A stretch of DNA of 64,000 nt from Blepharisma stoltei ATCC 30299 (lineage: Eukaryota > Protista > Ciliophora), in the NCBI GenBank assembly GCA_965603825.1, contig CBFDEM010000006.1, positions 62,001 through 126,000 on the forward strand. Reading direction: 5' to 3'. Both the position numbers and the translations under genes were made by a program. This document shows, one piece after another, positions 26,028 through 39,011 of the stretch. The number at the start of each line of letters is the position of its first letter. The stretch's first letter is position 1. The notes beneath the pieces were generated by a model, which saw only the letters and a program-made list of their open reading frames with translations, was not told the origin of the DNA and made no database searches.

Positions 26028-29000
26028 ATGAAAGTTCGCCAGGCTTATTTTGCCTTGATTTCACTGAATTTATTGTTTATTTACTCGCTAGACCCCTCAA
26101 CAATCGTTTTAGCGATCAATGCTGGAGGCTCCGCTTATACATCCTCTTTTGGCTTTTCATACTCTTCTGATCTATATTACACATCAGGAAGTAAAGATAG
26201 TACTCTGCCCGGCTTAAATATAGCCCATACAGTAAATCAATATATTTACCAATCTGAAAGATGAGATTTAGTGACGTGAGGATATGACCTCCCTATTAGT
26301 ACAGATGGGACATATGTGCTTATTCTCCAGTTTGCTGAAATCTATTATAATATCATCAATTACAGAGTTTTCACTGTGAAAATTGGAGATTATGTTGTTA
26401 CTAATAATTTAGACTTATACGCTACTGTAGGGGAATTTACAGCTTACGATATTTTTACAACTTTTACATTATCAAGTAACACTGTTTTAATTTCAGGAAA
26501 TACAGTATCTGGAGCTTATTCAGGCGGCAAACTATTAGTTCGATTTTATTTAGTTGCAGAAAATCCAAAACTTTCAGGAATAGTTTTGGTGAGTGGAGAT
26601 TGCAGTGTGGCTGATTATTGCAATATGTGTTATCAAGCAAGATGCTTGGCATGCAATGTGGCTACTCTGACCTGCGCTACTTGTATCACTAATGCTAGCA
26701 CTATAAATGGAGTATGCCAATGTAATTTAGGCACTTATTGAGCAACGGGCACAAGAGAATGTGCTTTTTGTGACAAATTATGTTCATCATGTTCAGATAT
26801 GTTTTACTGTACAGCTTGCTTAGGCACAAATATGCTAGTTTCAAATGTTTGTTTAAGAGCATGCCCATATGGATTTGGTGCATCATGTGCTTCAGTTTCA
26901 AGCGCAGTTATTGATCAAAATTTTGCAAATTATTTTTATGGAGCTTATGGATTATTTCAAACAGGGACAAGCTCAAGTAGCTATTATTTTTTCAATAATC
27001 CTGAAGCAGTAGATCCAATACCAGCAAAAAACCGAGGGCTTTATTTTTCTGGAAGCTCTTATCTTCAAACAACTTCAACTATATATATCTCGCTTAATTT
27101 TTCTATTGGATTGTGGGTTTGGATATTATCTGGCTCAGGAGATATCTTGACAAATAGTTCTGGGTATAAAATAACGATTTCTGCGAATGGAGCTATGACA
27201 ATAGTGTTAGAGGATAAAACAGAATCTATGACTACAATAACAACTGCAACACTTAACCCTTCAAATTCAGCGTGAGTTTATATTTCTTTTATTATTTCAT
27301 TTTCAGCATCAACAAGCTCTTCAACTATTTCTCCTTATCTCAACAATTCTCCACAAACATCTACAACAGCCAATGGATACATATATAGAGACGCTGTCAA
27401 TAATTATATATTTCTTGGAAAAAGCTCGTCAAGTAATTTTTTGGGATATATTTACCAATTCACTTTATGAAATGTAGCAGTTTCAAATTTTAACGCTCAA
27501 TACTTAAACCAAATATGTGGCAGAGGAGCAATCGCTAGCTGCCTTTGAACTTGCCCCTTATCTCAATGAATGAATGGGATAACACCTACAAATTGTAATT
27601 CATGCGCAAATGGTTGCGTTAGAAATGCATCCTGCAATGTTTGTAACGATCCACTTTGCAGTGTCTGTGCAGGGTTCTTAGCAGGCCTATGCACACAATG
27701 CAATATTGGCTATTATTTAGATTTAACTAGTAATACATGCTTATCATGCGATTATAGCTGCAAAACTTGTACATCATCGACTTCTGGAGACTGCATTATT
27801 TGTGCGTCTGGCTTTTATATGTATTTAGGATGATGCATTTCTAAGTGTCCAGATGGATTGATAGAAAGTGGGTCATTGTGTGTTGAAAAAGATCCTTTTA
27901 TCTTTTATCTTTCATTTAATACTCTTGAAGGAGTTGTTTTTGATAAGCAAAGCAAAATTCCAGCTTTAACAGGAAACAGCACAACTTTTTACCCAAATTA
28001 TGATGACTTTGATCCAATAGCTGCTTTATACAGAGGTTTTTATTTTAATGGAGTAAACTCACTCATGCATTTACCTATTTATCCAGGCTACAGTAGCCCA
28101 GTTCTCAGCTTTGGCTATTCTTTTACTTTTTCTATATGAGTCAATACTGAGAGTGGCTTTGGAACTATTCTCTCAAAACAAGATTTACTTTATAATCCAA
28201 TTTTTTCTCTCCAGCTAAGTGCTGGAGTTGCAGTGGTTTCATTAAACTTTAAGAGCTCTGGATTGGCTTCATTCTATTATTTGCAAAATCTTGAATTTTA
28301 TGTATGAAATCATATTGCATTCACAGCAGAATACACAAGTTTAAAGGAGACAAAAATGACATTTTATTTGAATGGAATACAAGCTAATGAACTCGATTTT
28401 GGATCTGACTATTTTAAAGATACCAAAACAGATATTACTTTTACATTGGGAGCAGAAAAAGATCTATCTGGCTATAAAAATTATTTTAAGGGGTTCATTT
28501 ATGATATTAAAGGTTATAACTCAGTAAAAAGCATATCAGCACTTGCATTACCTGCAGTTCAATGTAACGAAAATTGTAAAGCATGTCCTGCGAATGGAGT
28601 TTGCATTCCTAATTGTTTAATTTCTCAGTATTGGATTGGTCCAGAATATAATAAATGCTCCAAATGCAGCAGTGGATGTTTTAGCTGTAGAGATTCCAGT
28701 AAATTTTGCAATCTTTGTGATAATCAAAAGTGTGCATCCTGTTATGATTTTACTGGAGATTCCTGCCTTGAATGTGTTTCTGGTACTTCAAATGCAACAA
28801 ACTGTCAATGTGACTATGGTCTTGCTTGAAACTCAAGTTCAGGAATATGCGAGGCTTGCCATCAATGGCAATACAAAGCGAATGATTCTTGCTATGATTG
28901 TTCTCCTCTCTGTGCTCAATGTGATAGTAAAAATAAATGCACATGGTGCATTAACAATGCTGTATTAAATTCTGGAAGCTGTGCTTGCTCTCCTGGATAC

Positions 29001-30601
29001 ATAGGAATAACTGAATGCACATTTATCCCCTTTAATGTCAGTCTTGTTGTTAACAAAAATAATACTTTAGTTCTGGCCTTCAGTGATATATTAAAGAAAG
29101 ATTTATTAAATCACGATCAAATTATGATACAAATTCATAATAATAAAATTCAATCATGATCCATTTCTCAAGTTTCAAGCAAAGAGTATTTAATATCATG
29201 CAATTTTGATGGAGGGATTTCAAAGGGCACTACTATTATAGTGTGCTTTATAAATTCTACAAGCATTGTATCGATTTCTGGAGGTGTAATCCACGAAGAT
29301 TATTTATCAGGCTCTTTATATGAATCTTTGACTTCTGAAGAGCAAGAAGTGGCTCAAATTCAAAATCAAGTTTCTTCTGGAGTAAAAGTTTTGGTTGGAA
29401 CAAGTGTAGCTTTAGCAATGCTCAATCCAAACCCTTCAGCTCTATGAACTATTCTGAACACTATTCAATTTATTTCCTACATACCTTATGCAAACTACCC
29501 TTTAACAGACAAAATTTCTGCATTTTTTAAGTCAATTGGCGATTTCAATTTAGTTCCAAATATTTTTTTATTGTTCATTGATAAAAATCAAAGTAACCCA
29601 CCTTATTATCAAGCCAGAAAATATGGATATGATAGCTTATTGTTGCTTGTAAATGTTGGAAATGATATAACTGCTTTGTGTTGTGTTATAACTGCGATCC
29701 CTATCGTTTATTTTTTTTCTAAATGTTCTCAGGGATTTATTGGAAAGAAATTTAAAAAATTACTTAGAGAGTATAAATTTAGTACTTTTTTACGATTTTG
29801 GATTGTATGGTATCTTGAAATTGGTTTTGCTTCTATAATTGGGGTTTTGAGCACTGAAAATTATGAAATCTTAGAAAATCCGCTTAATATATCTAACTAT
29901 TTCATTTGCTGATTTTTTATTGTAATTATAATTTAGATGCTTATAGCAATTACGCCTTTTCTTCATGCATATTTTAGCTTCAAGAATTTAAGCAGAATTG
30001 TAGATAGAAGAAATAAAAAATGGTTCACTAGGTGAGGCTCCTTATATTACGAGTTCAAGAATAATGCAGGATTTATGAGCACACAATTTTATACTCTATA
30101 TTTTGCAAGGCGCATAATTTTTATTATCACCCAAGTATTTTTGAATAAGTTTCCTCAAAGTCAACTTACAATAAATGCAGTGTCATCTTTATGTGTATGT
30201 TTTATATATAGATTGTTTTATTTTTAATTTATTATAAGCCTTTTGATAACTCTGTAATCCAGATTACAAACTTAATTACTGAGTTTGGGATTTTTACTAT
30301 TTTCACTCTCCTAAGTCCATATTTTTTTGATCTGGGCTCTGCGGGGATTAATATTACCGACAACTTAATTATTTATTTTGCTATTTGTCTTATGGCAGTG
30401 CAAACAGTTGGGCCTCTAATAAATTCTATAAAAGAAGTTTATTCTGTTGCTAAAAGAAGTATGAATAATGAAATTTATCCAGAAGAAAAGATAAATAAAA
30501 ATGAAAAAAGAATTTATATAAATACCTGAACAATGGCTTCGGAAGCACCTTGCCAACCAAAATTCAGAAGCAAAAGTATAAATTATAATAATATAGGATA
30601 A
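26028..30601 (+). CDS. Paralog 5: malectin + 2 modules + multi-pass TM domain, ~1513 aa if the 17-nt second intron is spliced (introns 29922-29936 and 30195-30211)
   Basis: Single frame through TGA; in-frame 33-nt deletion near 27700; TAA at 30599-30601. Confidence 0.8.
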
Positions 30602-30937
30602 AAATAAACTTTTATCAGCAAAGTTATAATTTTAATAAATTCGAAACAAACATCTATTTTTATAAATTTGATTATTGGGATCACGCTAAATAATTTTTAG
30701 CTTCAGTATCGTTAAAAACTATAAAGAGTTTTCAATATTATAAATCTTATTCTTTTGGCATAAAAAATAAATATAAGTTATTTAGTAAAATTTTTGTTTC
30801 CATTTTATTTCTCGACTAATTTAAATCACCAGAAGCTAATAATAAAATGATTAAGAATTTCAATTAAATATTACTAGATGCTTGTGCTGTGCTAATTTGC
30901 TCATACAATCTTAAATTTGTGTAATTTTATAAATAAA

Positions 30938-33758
30938 ATGAAAGTTCGCCAGCTTTATTTTGCTTTGATTTCTCTGAATTTATTAGCTATTTACTCACTT
31001 GATGCTTCAACAATCGTTTTAGCAATAAATGCAGGAGGCTCAGCCTATTCGTCCTCTTTTGGTTTTTCATACTCCTCTGATATATATTACACATCAACAA
31101 GTAAAGCTAGCAACAAAGGCGGAAATATAGCCCATACAGTAAATGAATTTATTTACCAAACTGAAAGATGAGATTCAGTGACTTGAGGATATGACCTCCC
31201 TGTTAGCACAGATGGGACATATGTGCTCATCCTCCAATTTGCTGAGGTCAATTTCTCAAATACCAATAAAAGAATATTTACTGTAAAAATTGGAGACTAT
31301 GTTGTTGCTAATAATTTAGACTTGGTCGCTACTGTAGGATATCGTACAGCCTACGATATTTTTATAACTTTTACACTATCGAGTAATTCAGTTTCAATTT
31401 CAGGGAATACAGTATCTGGAGCTTATTCAGCTGGCAAATTATTAGTTCGATTTTATTTAGTTGCAGAAAATCCAAAACTTTCAGGAATAATTTTAGTGAG
31501 TGGAGATTGTAGTGTGGCTGATTATTGTAATATGTGCTATCAAGCAAGATGCTTGGTATGCAATGCTGCTACTCTGACCTGCACTACTTGTATCACTAAT
31601 GCTAGCACTATAAGTGGAGTATGTCAATGCAATTTAGGCACTTATTGGGATGTTTCTTCAAGAAAATGCATTATTTGCGACAAATTGTGTTCATCATGCT
31701 CAGATAAGTTTAGCTGCACAACTTGCTTAGGCACAAACGTGCTAGTTTCAAATGTTTGCTTAAGAGCATGCCCATATGGATTTGGAACATCTTGTGCTTC
31801 TGTTTCAAGCGCAGTTATTGATCAAAATTTTGCAAATTATTTTTATGGAATTTATGGATTATTTCAAACAGGGACAAGCTCAAGCAGCTATTATTTTTTC
31901 AATACTCCTGAAATATTAGACCCCATCCCAGCGAAAAATCGAGGGCTCTATTTTTCTGGAGGCTCATATATTCAAACGACTTCAACTGTTTATATTTCAC
32001 TTAATTTTTCTATTGGGATATGGGTTTGGATATTATCTGGCTCAGGAGATATCTTAACAAATAGTTATGGATATAAAATAGCGCTATCTTCAAGTGGGGC
32101 TATGACAATCATTTTAGAGAGTAATACAGAATCTGTTATTACAGTAACGACTCCAGCGCTTAACCCTTCAAACTCGGCGTGAGTTTACATTTCTTTTATT
32201 ATTTCATTTTCATCATCAACAAGTTCCGCAAGCATCTACAACAACCAATGGCTACATATATAGAGATGCTGTAAATAATATATTGATTCTTGGGAAAAGC
32301 TCGTCAAGTAATTTTTTGGGATATATTTACCAATTCACTTTATGAAATGTAGCAGTTTCAAATTTTAACACTCAATACTCAGACCAAATATGTGGCACAG
32401 GAACAATAACTAGCTGCCTTTGAACTTGTCCCCTATCTCAATGAATGAATGGGGTAACGCCTACAAATTGCAATTCATGCACAAATGGTTGTGTTAGAAA
32501 TACATCCTGCAATGTTTGTGATGATCCTCTTTGCAGTATCTGCTCAGGATTCTTAGTAGGCCTATGCACACAATGCATTTTAAATGCATCAGGGACTCCT
32601 TGCATTTGCAATCTTGGCTATTATTGAGATTTAACTAGTAATAAATGCTTGCCATGTGATCATAGCTGCGAAACTTGCACATCATCGACTTCTGGAGACT
32701 GCATTGTTTGTGCGTCTGGATTTTATATGTACTTAGAATGATGCGTTGATAAGTGTCCAGATGGGTTTATTGAAAGTGGGTCTTTGTGTGTTGAAAACGA
32801 TCCTTTCATCTTTTACTTGTCATTTGATACTCTGGTAGGAGTTGTTTTTGATAAGCAAAGCAAAATTCCAGCGCTAACTGGAAACAGCACAGCTTTTTAC
32901 CCAAATTATGACGAGTTTGATCCAATAGCTGCTTTATATAGAGGTTTTTATTTTAATGGAGTGAGCTCAGTTATGCATTTACCTGTTTATACCGGGTATA
33001 GCAGCCCAGTTCTCAGCTTTGGCGATTCTTTTACCTTTTCAATATGAGTCAACATTGAAAATGGTTTTGGAACTATTGTCTCAAAACAAGATTTGCTTTA
33101 CAACCCAATTTTCTCTCTCCAATTAGCAGGTGGAGCTGTAATAGTTTCATTAAACTTTAAGACTTCTCGGCTGAATTCCTTCTTGTATTTGCAAAGTCTT
33201 GAATCTTATGAATGAAGCCATATTGCATTCAAAGCTGAATATTCAAATTTGAAACAGACAAAAATATCACTTTATTTAAATGGAAATTTAGATCACGAAA
33301 GCAATATAGGATCCGACTATTTTGAAGATAGCAAAACAGATATCACTTTTACATTGGGAGCAGAAAAAGGCTCATCTGGCTATAAAAATCATTTTCAAGG
33401 ATTTATTTATGATATCAAGGGCTATAAATCAGTAAAAAGCATATTAGCATTAGTGATGCCTGCAGCCCAATGTACAGAAAACTGTAAAGCATGTCTTACA
33501 AATGGAGTCTGCATCCCTAATTGTTTAATTTCTCAGTATTGGATTGGCCCAGAATATAATAAATGCTCCAAATGTAGCAGTGGATGTCTTAGCTGTAGAG
33601 ATTCCAATGAATTTTGCAATCTTTGTGCTAACCCAAAATGTGTATCCTGTTATGATTTTACCGTACAGTCCTGCCTTGAATGTGCTTCTGGTGCTTCAAA
33701 TACAACGAACTGCCAATGTGACCATAGTCTTGCCGGTAATATATTTTTTACTATTTAA
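30938..33758 (+). pseudogene. Paralog 6: frameshifted and 3'-truncated copy lacking the TM domain
   Basis: ATG at 30938. A 32-nt deletion at ~32226 shifts frame (TAG at 32261-32263). Family homology ends at ~33733, where it joins intergenic-type sequence. Confidence 0.85.
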
Positions 33759-34280
33759 AATAAAGCTTTTAATACCAAAAGACAAAATTTTATTCTGCAA
33801 CTCAAAGATTAAGCTATTAGAAATGAGCTAGAAAAATAAGGAAAAAAGTGAGTAAGCTTAATTTTAGTTTTTAAGATTAATTACGATATAGTTAAACTAT
33901 CATTACTTTATTAGTAAAATATAGAAGTCTAAAACATGATTTCTTTGATTTTAGACAAGAAAGTATCCATCCCTTAGCTAAAAATATGAAAAGATAAATA
34001 TGCAAATGCAAAAACAATTACGCATAAAAGAAGCAATTTAAAGGTTTACATAAAAAAAAGCCCTAGAAGAAGTATCAAGAAATTTATCCTATTATGATGA
34101 TAATTGTATAAAGGGTAAATAAAATCCTAGAGGGTGAGATAAAAAATATTTTAGAATCAATTATCGGAATAAAGAAGTATTAATTATTAAGATTATAATC
34201 TCAATCAAAGCTTTGCTATACATTTATGCTATTTAAGTCTCGTTACATAACTCTAAATTTAGGAAATTTTCATATAAAAT
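33750..34280. repeat. Duplicated upstream intergenic region (homologs at ~52900-53454 on + and ~58636-59190 on -)
   Basis: Shared blocks such as TTTAAAATAAA..TTTTAATA.CAAAA...TTTTATTCTGCAACTCAA and CCCTTAGCTAAAAATATGAA upstream of three paralogs. Confidence 0.75.
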
Positions 34281-37200
34281 ATGAAAGTTCGCCTGAGTTA
34301 TGTTGCCTTAATTTTTCTGAATTTGTTAGTAATTTACTCTCTTGATGCTTCAACTGTTGTTTTAGCTATCAAAGGAGGAGGCTCAGCTCAGATGTCCTCT
34401 TTCGGGTTTTCATACTCTGATGATATCTATTATCCAGCAGGATCCTATATTTATACTACAGCAAATCATATAGCTCATACAGCAAATGAATTTGTTTACC
34501 AATCTGAAAGATGATACACAGGGATTTGAGGGTATGACCTTCCTATTAGCGCTGATGGGACATATGTGCTTATTCTTCAATTTGCTGAGATATATTATTT
34601 AATTGCCAATATCAGAGTATGAAATGTCAAAATTGGAGATTATATTGCTTATAATCATTTAGATATAGTTGGGACTGTAGGGGCAATGACTGCTTATGAT
34701 ATTTTCATACCTTTTACTTTATCAAGTGGAACTGTTTCAATTGCTGGAAATGCAATTACTGGTGCTTATTCAGGAGGAAAATTGGTTATTAGATTTTACC
34801 CAGTTAGTGATAATCCAACACTTTCAGGAATAATTTTGGTGAGAGGGGATTGCAGTGTGGCTGATTATTGCAATATGTGCTATCAGCCAAGATGCTTGGA
34901 ATGCAATACAGCTGATTTAAATTGTAAAACTTGTATCGATAATGCTAGCTCTATTTCTGGAGTATGCCAATGCAATGCAAACTCTATTTGGGTGGCTGCT
35001 TCAAGAAAATGCGTTATTTGTGACAAATTATGCACATCATGTAGCTCAGAAAATATTTGTGCAAGTTGTTCAACAAATGTGCTGATTTCAAATGTTTGCT
35101 TGAGAGCGTGCCCTTATGGATTTGGCACATCTTGTGCTTCGGTTTCAACAGCAGTTATTGATCAAAATTTTGCTAACTATTTTTATGGGGGATATGGATT
35201 ATTTCAAACAGGGACAAGCTCAAGCAGCTATTATTTTTTTAATAATCCTGAAGTAGTAGACCCAATACCAGCTAAAAAGCGAGGGCTTTATTTTTCTGGA
35301 GGCTCATATCTTCAAACAACTTCAATTGTTTATATTTCTCTTAATTTTTCAGTTGGAATGTGGGTTTGAATATTATCTGGCTCAGGAGATATTTTGACAA
35401 ATAGTTCTGGATATAAAATAGCTGTATCTGCAAGTGGAGTCTTGAAAATTACACTAGAAGATAAGGTACAATCTATGGCAACAATAACGACTACAGCACT
35501 TAACCCTTCTAATTCAGCGTGAGTTTACATTTCTTTTATTATTTCTTTTTTATCATCAGCAATTTCTACAACTATTTCTCCTTATCTCAACAATTCTCCA
35601 CACACATCTACAACATTCAATGGATACATATATAGAGATACTGTAAACAATGTATTGATTCTTGGGAAAAGCTCGTCAAGTAATTTTTTTGGGTACATTT
35701 ACCAATTCACTTTATGAAATGTAGCAGTTTCAAATTTTAACACTCAGTACTCAGACCAAATATGTGGCACAGGAGCAGTAGCTAGCTGCCTTTGAACTTG
35801 CCCTCTATCTCAATGAATGAATGGGGTAACGCCTACAAATTGCAATTCATGCACAAATGGTTGTGTCAGAAACGTATCTTGCAATGTTTGTGATGATCCT
35901 CTTTGCAGTATCTGTACAGGGTTCTTAGTTGGCTTATGCACGCAATGTATTTCTAATGCGTCTGGAACTCCTTGTGCTTGCAATATTGGCTATTATTGAG
36001 ATTTAAATAGTGATAAATGCATTTCATGTGATTATAGCTGCAAAAATTGTACATCATCAACTTCTGGAGACTGCATTGTTTGTGCGCATGGGTTTTATAT
36101 GTATTTAGGATGATGCATTTCTGAGTGTCCAGACGGATTTGTAGAAATTGGGTCAACGTGTGTTGAAAAAGATCCTTTCATCTTCTACCTATCTTTTGAT
36201 ACTCTGGAAGGAGTTGTTTATGATAAGCAAAGCAAAATTCCAGCACTAACTGGAAACAGCACAGCTTTTTACCCAAATTATGATCACTTTGATCCAATAG
36301 CTGCTTTATATAGAGGGTTTTATTTTAACGGAGTGAATTCGCTTATGCATTTACCTATTTATCCAGGCTATAGTAGCCCAGTTCTTAGTTTTGGCTATTC
36401 TTTCACGTTTTCCATATGAATCAATATTGAGAATGATTTTGGAGCTATTCTCTCAAAACAAGATTTGCTTTACAATCCAATTTTCTCACTCCAATTAGCA
36501 GCCGGAGCTGTAATAATTTCATTAAACTTTAAGAGTTCTGGAGTAGATTCCTTCTTTTATTTGCAAAATCTTGAATCTTATGAATGGAACCATATTGCAT
36601 TCACAGCAGAATACACAAATCTGAAAGAGACAAAAATTTCACTTTATTTAAATGGAATTGCAGAATATCAAAGTGATATAGGATCTGACTATTTTAAAGA
36701 TACCAAAACAGATATTACTTTTACATTGGGGGCAGAAAAAGATCTATCTGGCTATAAAAATTATTTTAAAGGATTTATTTATGATATTAAGGGCTATAAC
36801 TCAATAAAAAGCATATCATCACTGGCATTGCCCACTGCACAGTGCACAGAAGTCTGCAAAGCATGCCTTACAAATGGGATCTGCATTCCTAACTGTTTAA
36901 TTAATCAATACTGGATTGGCCCAGAGTATAATAAATGCTCCAAGTGCAGCAGTGAGTGCTTTAGTTGTAGAGATTCCAGTAAATTTTGCAATCTTTGTGC
37001 CAACCAAAAATGTGTATCCTGTTATAATTATACAGAAGAGTCCTGCCTTAAATGTGTTTCTGGTACTTCAAATACTTCAAATACTACAAACTGTCAATGT
37101 GACTATGATCTTGCTTGGAATTCAAGCTCAGGAATGTGTGAAACTTGCCATCAATGGCAATTTAAAGCAAATGATTCTTGCTATAATTGTCCTCCTCTTT

Positions 37201-38785
37201 GTGCTCAATGTGATAGTGAATATAAATGCACATGATGTATTAGCAATGCTGTACTGAGCTCTGGAAATTGTATTTGTTCTCCTGGATATACAGGAACAAT
37301 TACATGCACAATCATCCCCTTTAATGTTAGTCTTGCTGTTAACCAAAATAATACCTTGATTTTGAGCTTCAGTGACATCTTAAAAGAGGGTTTGAGGGGT
37401 GAAGAAATTTTGATAAAAATCCATAATAATACAATACCTTCATGATCAATTTCACAAATTTCAAGCAAAGAGTTTTTAATTTCATGTAACTTTGATGGAA
37501 AGATATCAAAGGGCACTACTATTACAGTGCAATTTATAAATTCGCCTAGAATTGCATCTATCTCTGGAGGTTTACTCTATGAAGAGCATTTATCAGGCTC
37601 TTTATATGAATCTGCAATGACTTCTGAAGAGCAAGAAGTGGCTCAAATTCAAAATGAAGTTTCTTATGGTGTAAAAGCTTTAGCTGGATCAAGTGTAGCT
37701 TTAGCAATGCTCAATCCAAACCCTTCAGCATTATGAACTATGCTGAATACTATTCAATTTATTTCCTACATACCTTATGCAAGCTACCCTCTAACAGATA
37801 AAGTTTCTGCGTTTTTGAAGTCAATGGGAGATTTCAATTTAGTTCCAAACTTGTTTTTATTATTTTTTGACGAAGATAAAGGTAATATTCCTTATTATCA
37901 GGCTAGAAGATATGGATACGATAGCTCATTGATACTCGTAAATGTTGGAAATGAAATAACTGTTTTATGCGTTTTTATATTAGTGCTGCCTATTGTTTAT
38001 TTTTTTTCTAAATGCTCTCATAGATTCGTTGGAAAGAAATTAAAAAACACACTCAGAGAGTATAAATTTGGTACTTTTTTACGGTTTTGGATTGTATGCT
38101 ATCTTGAAATTGGTTTTGCATCTATAATTGGAATTTTGAGTACAGAATATAGTGAAGCATTAGAAAATTCACTTAGACTCACTAATTATTTTCTTTGTTG
38201 GTTATTCATTGTAATGATAATTTAGATACTTATAGCAATTACCCCTTTCCTTCATGCATGTTTTAGCTTTAAAAATCTTAGAAAAATTATAAATAGAAGA
38301 CATAAAAAATGATTTGCTATTTGAAGTTCATTGTATTACGAGTTCAAGAATAATAAAGGATTTATGAGCACACAATATTATACACTATATTTTGCAAGAC
38401 GCTCAGTTTTTATTATTACTCAAGTTTTTTTAAATGGCTTTCCTCAAAGCCAACTTACAATAAATGCAACTTCATCTTTATGTGTATGCTCCTTAGTCTA
38501 TATTTGTTTGATCTAGGTCCAGCCTGGATTAATATTACAGACAATTTAATTATGTATTTTGTTGTTTCTCTGATGGCAGTGCAGACGATAGGGCCTATGA
38601 TAAATTCTATAAGAGAAGTTTATTATGTTGCTAAAAGAAGCATGAATAAAGAAATTTACCCAGAAGAAAAGATACCTAATGAGAAAAGGGGAATTATCAA
38701 CGCTTTTACAATGCCTTCGGAAGAGCCTGAAAAAATAGATTGCAGAAGCAACATTAAAAATGACATTAGAATTGAAGCTAAATAA
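34281..38785 (+). pseudogene. Paralog 7: malectin + 2 modules; C-terminal TM region disrupted by a ~106-nt deletion through intron 2
   Basis: In frame from 34281 with intron 38211-38225. At ~38490 the intron-2 donor GTATGCT is fused to downstream exon, giving TAG at 38514-38516; the original C-terminus continues in another frame to 38785. Confidence 0.8.
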
Positions 38786-39011
38786 ATATATGTCAGCATT
38801 TATATTAAAATAATTATAGATTTACATTTATTTTTATATATTTATTTTTTGTGCCAAAGAATAAGATTTATAATATTGAAAACTTTTTACAATTTTTAAC
38901 GATACTGAGGCTAGAAATTATTTAGCGTGATCCCAATAATCGAAATTCATAAAAATAAGATGTTTGTTTAGAATTTATTAAAATTATAGTTTTGCTGATA
39001 AAAGTTTATTT

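Noticed and set aside
37064-37090. 9-nt tandem duplication TACTTCAAA (TSNTSNTTN)
   Set aside because: Ordinary in-frame slippage in a single paralog.
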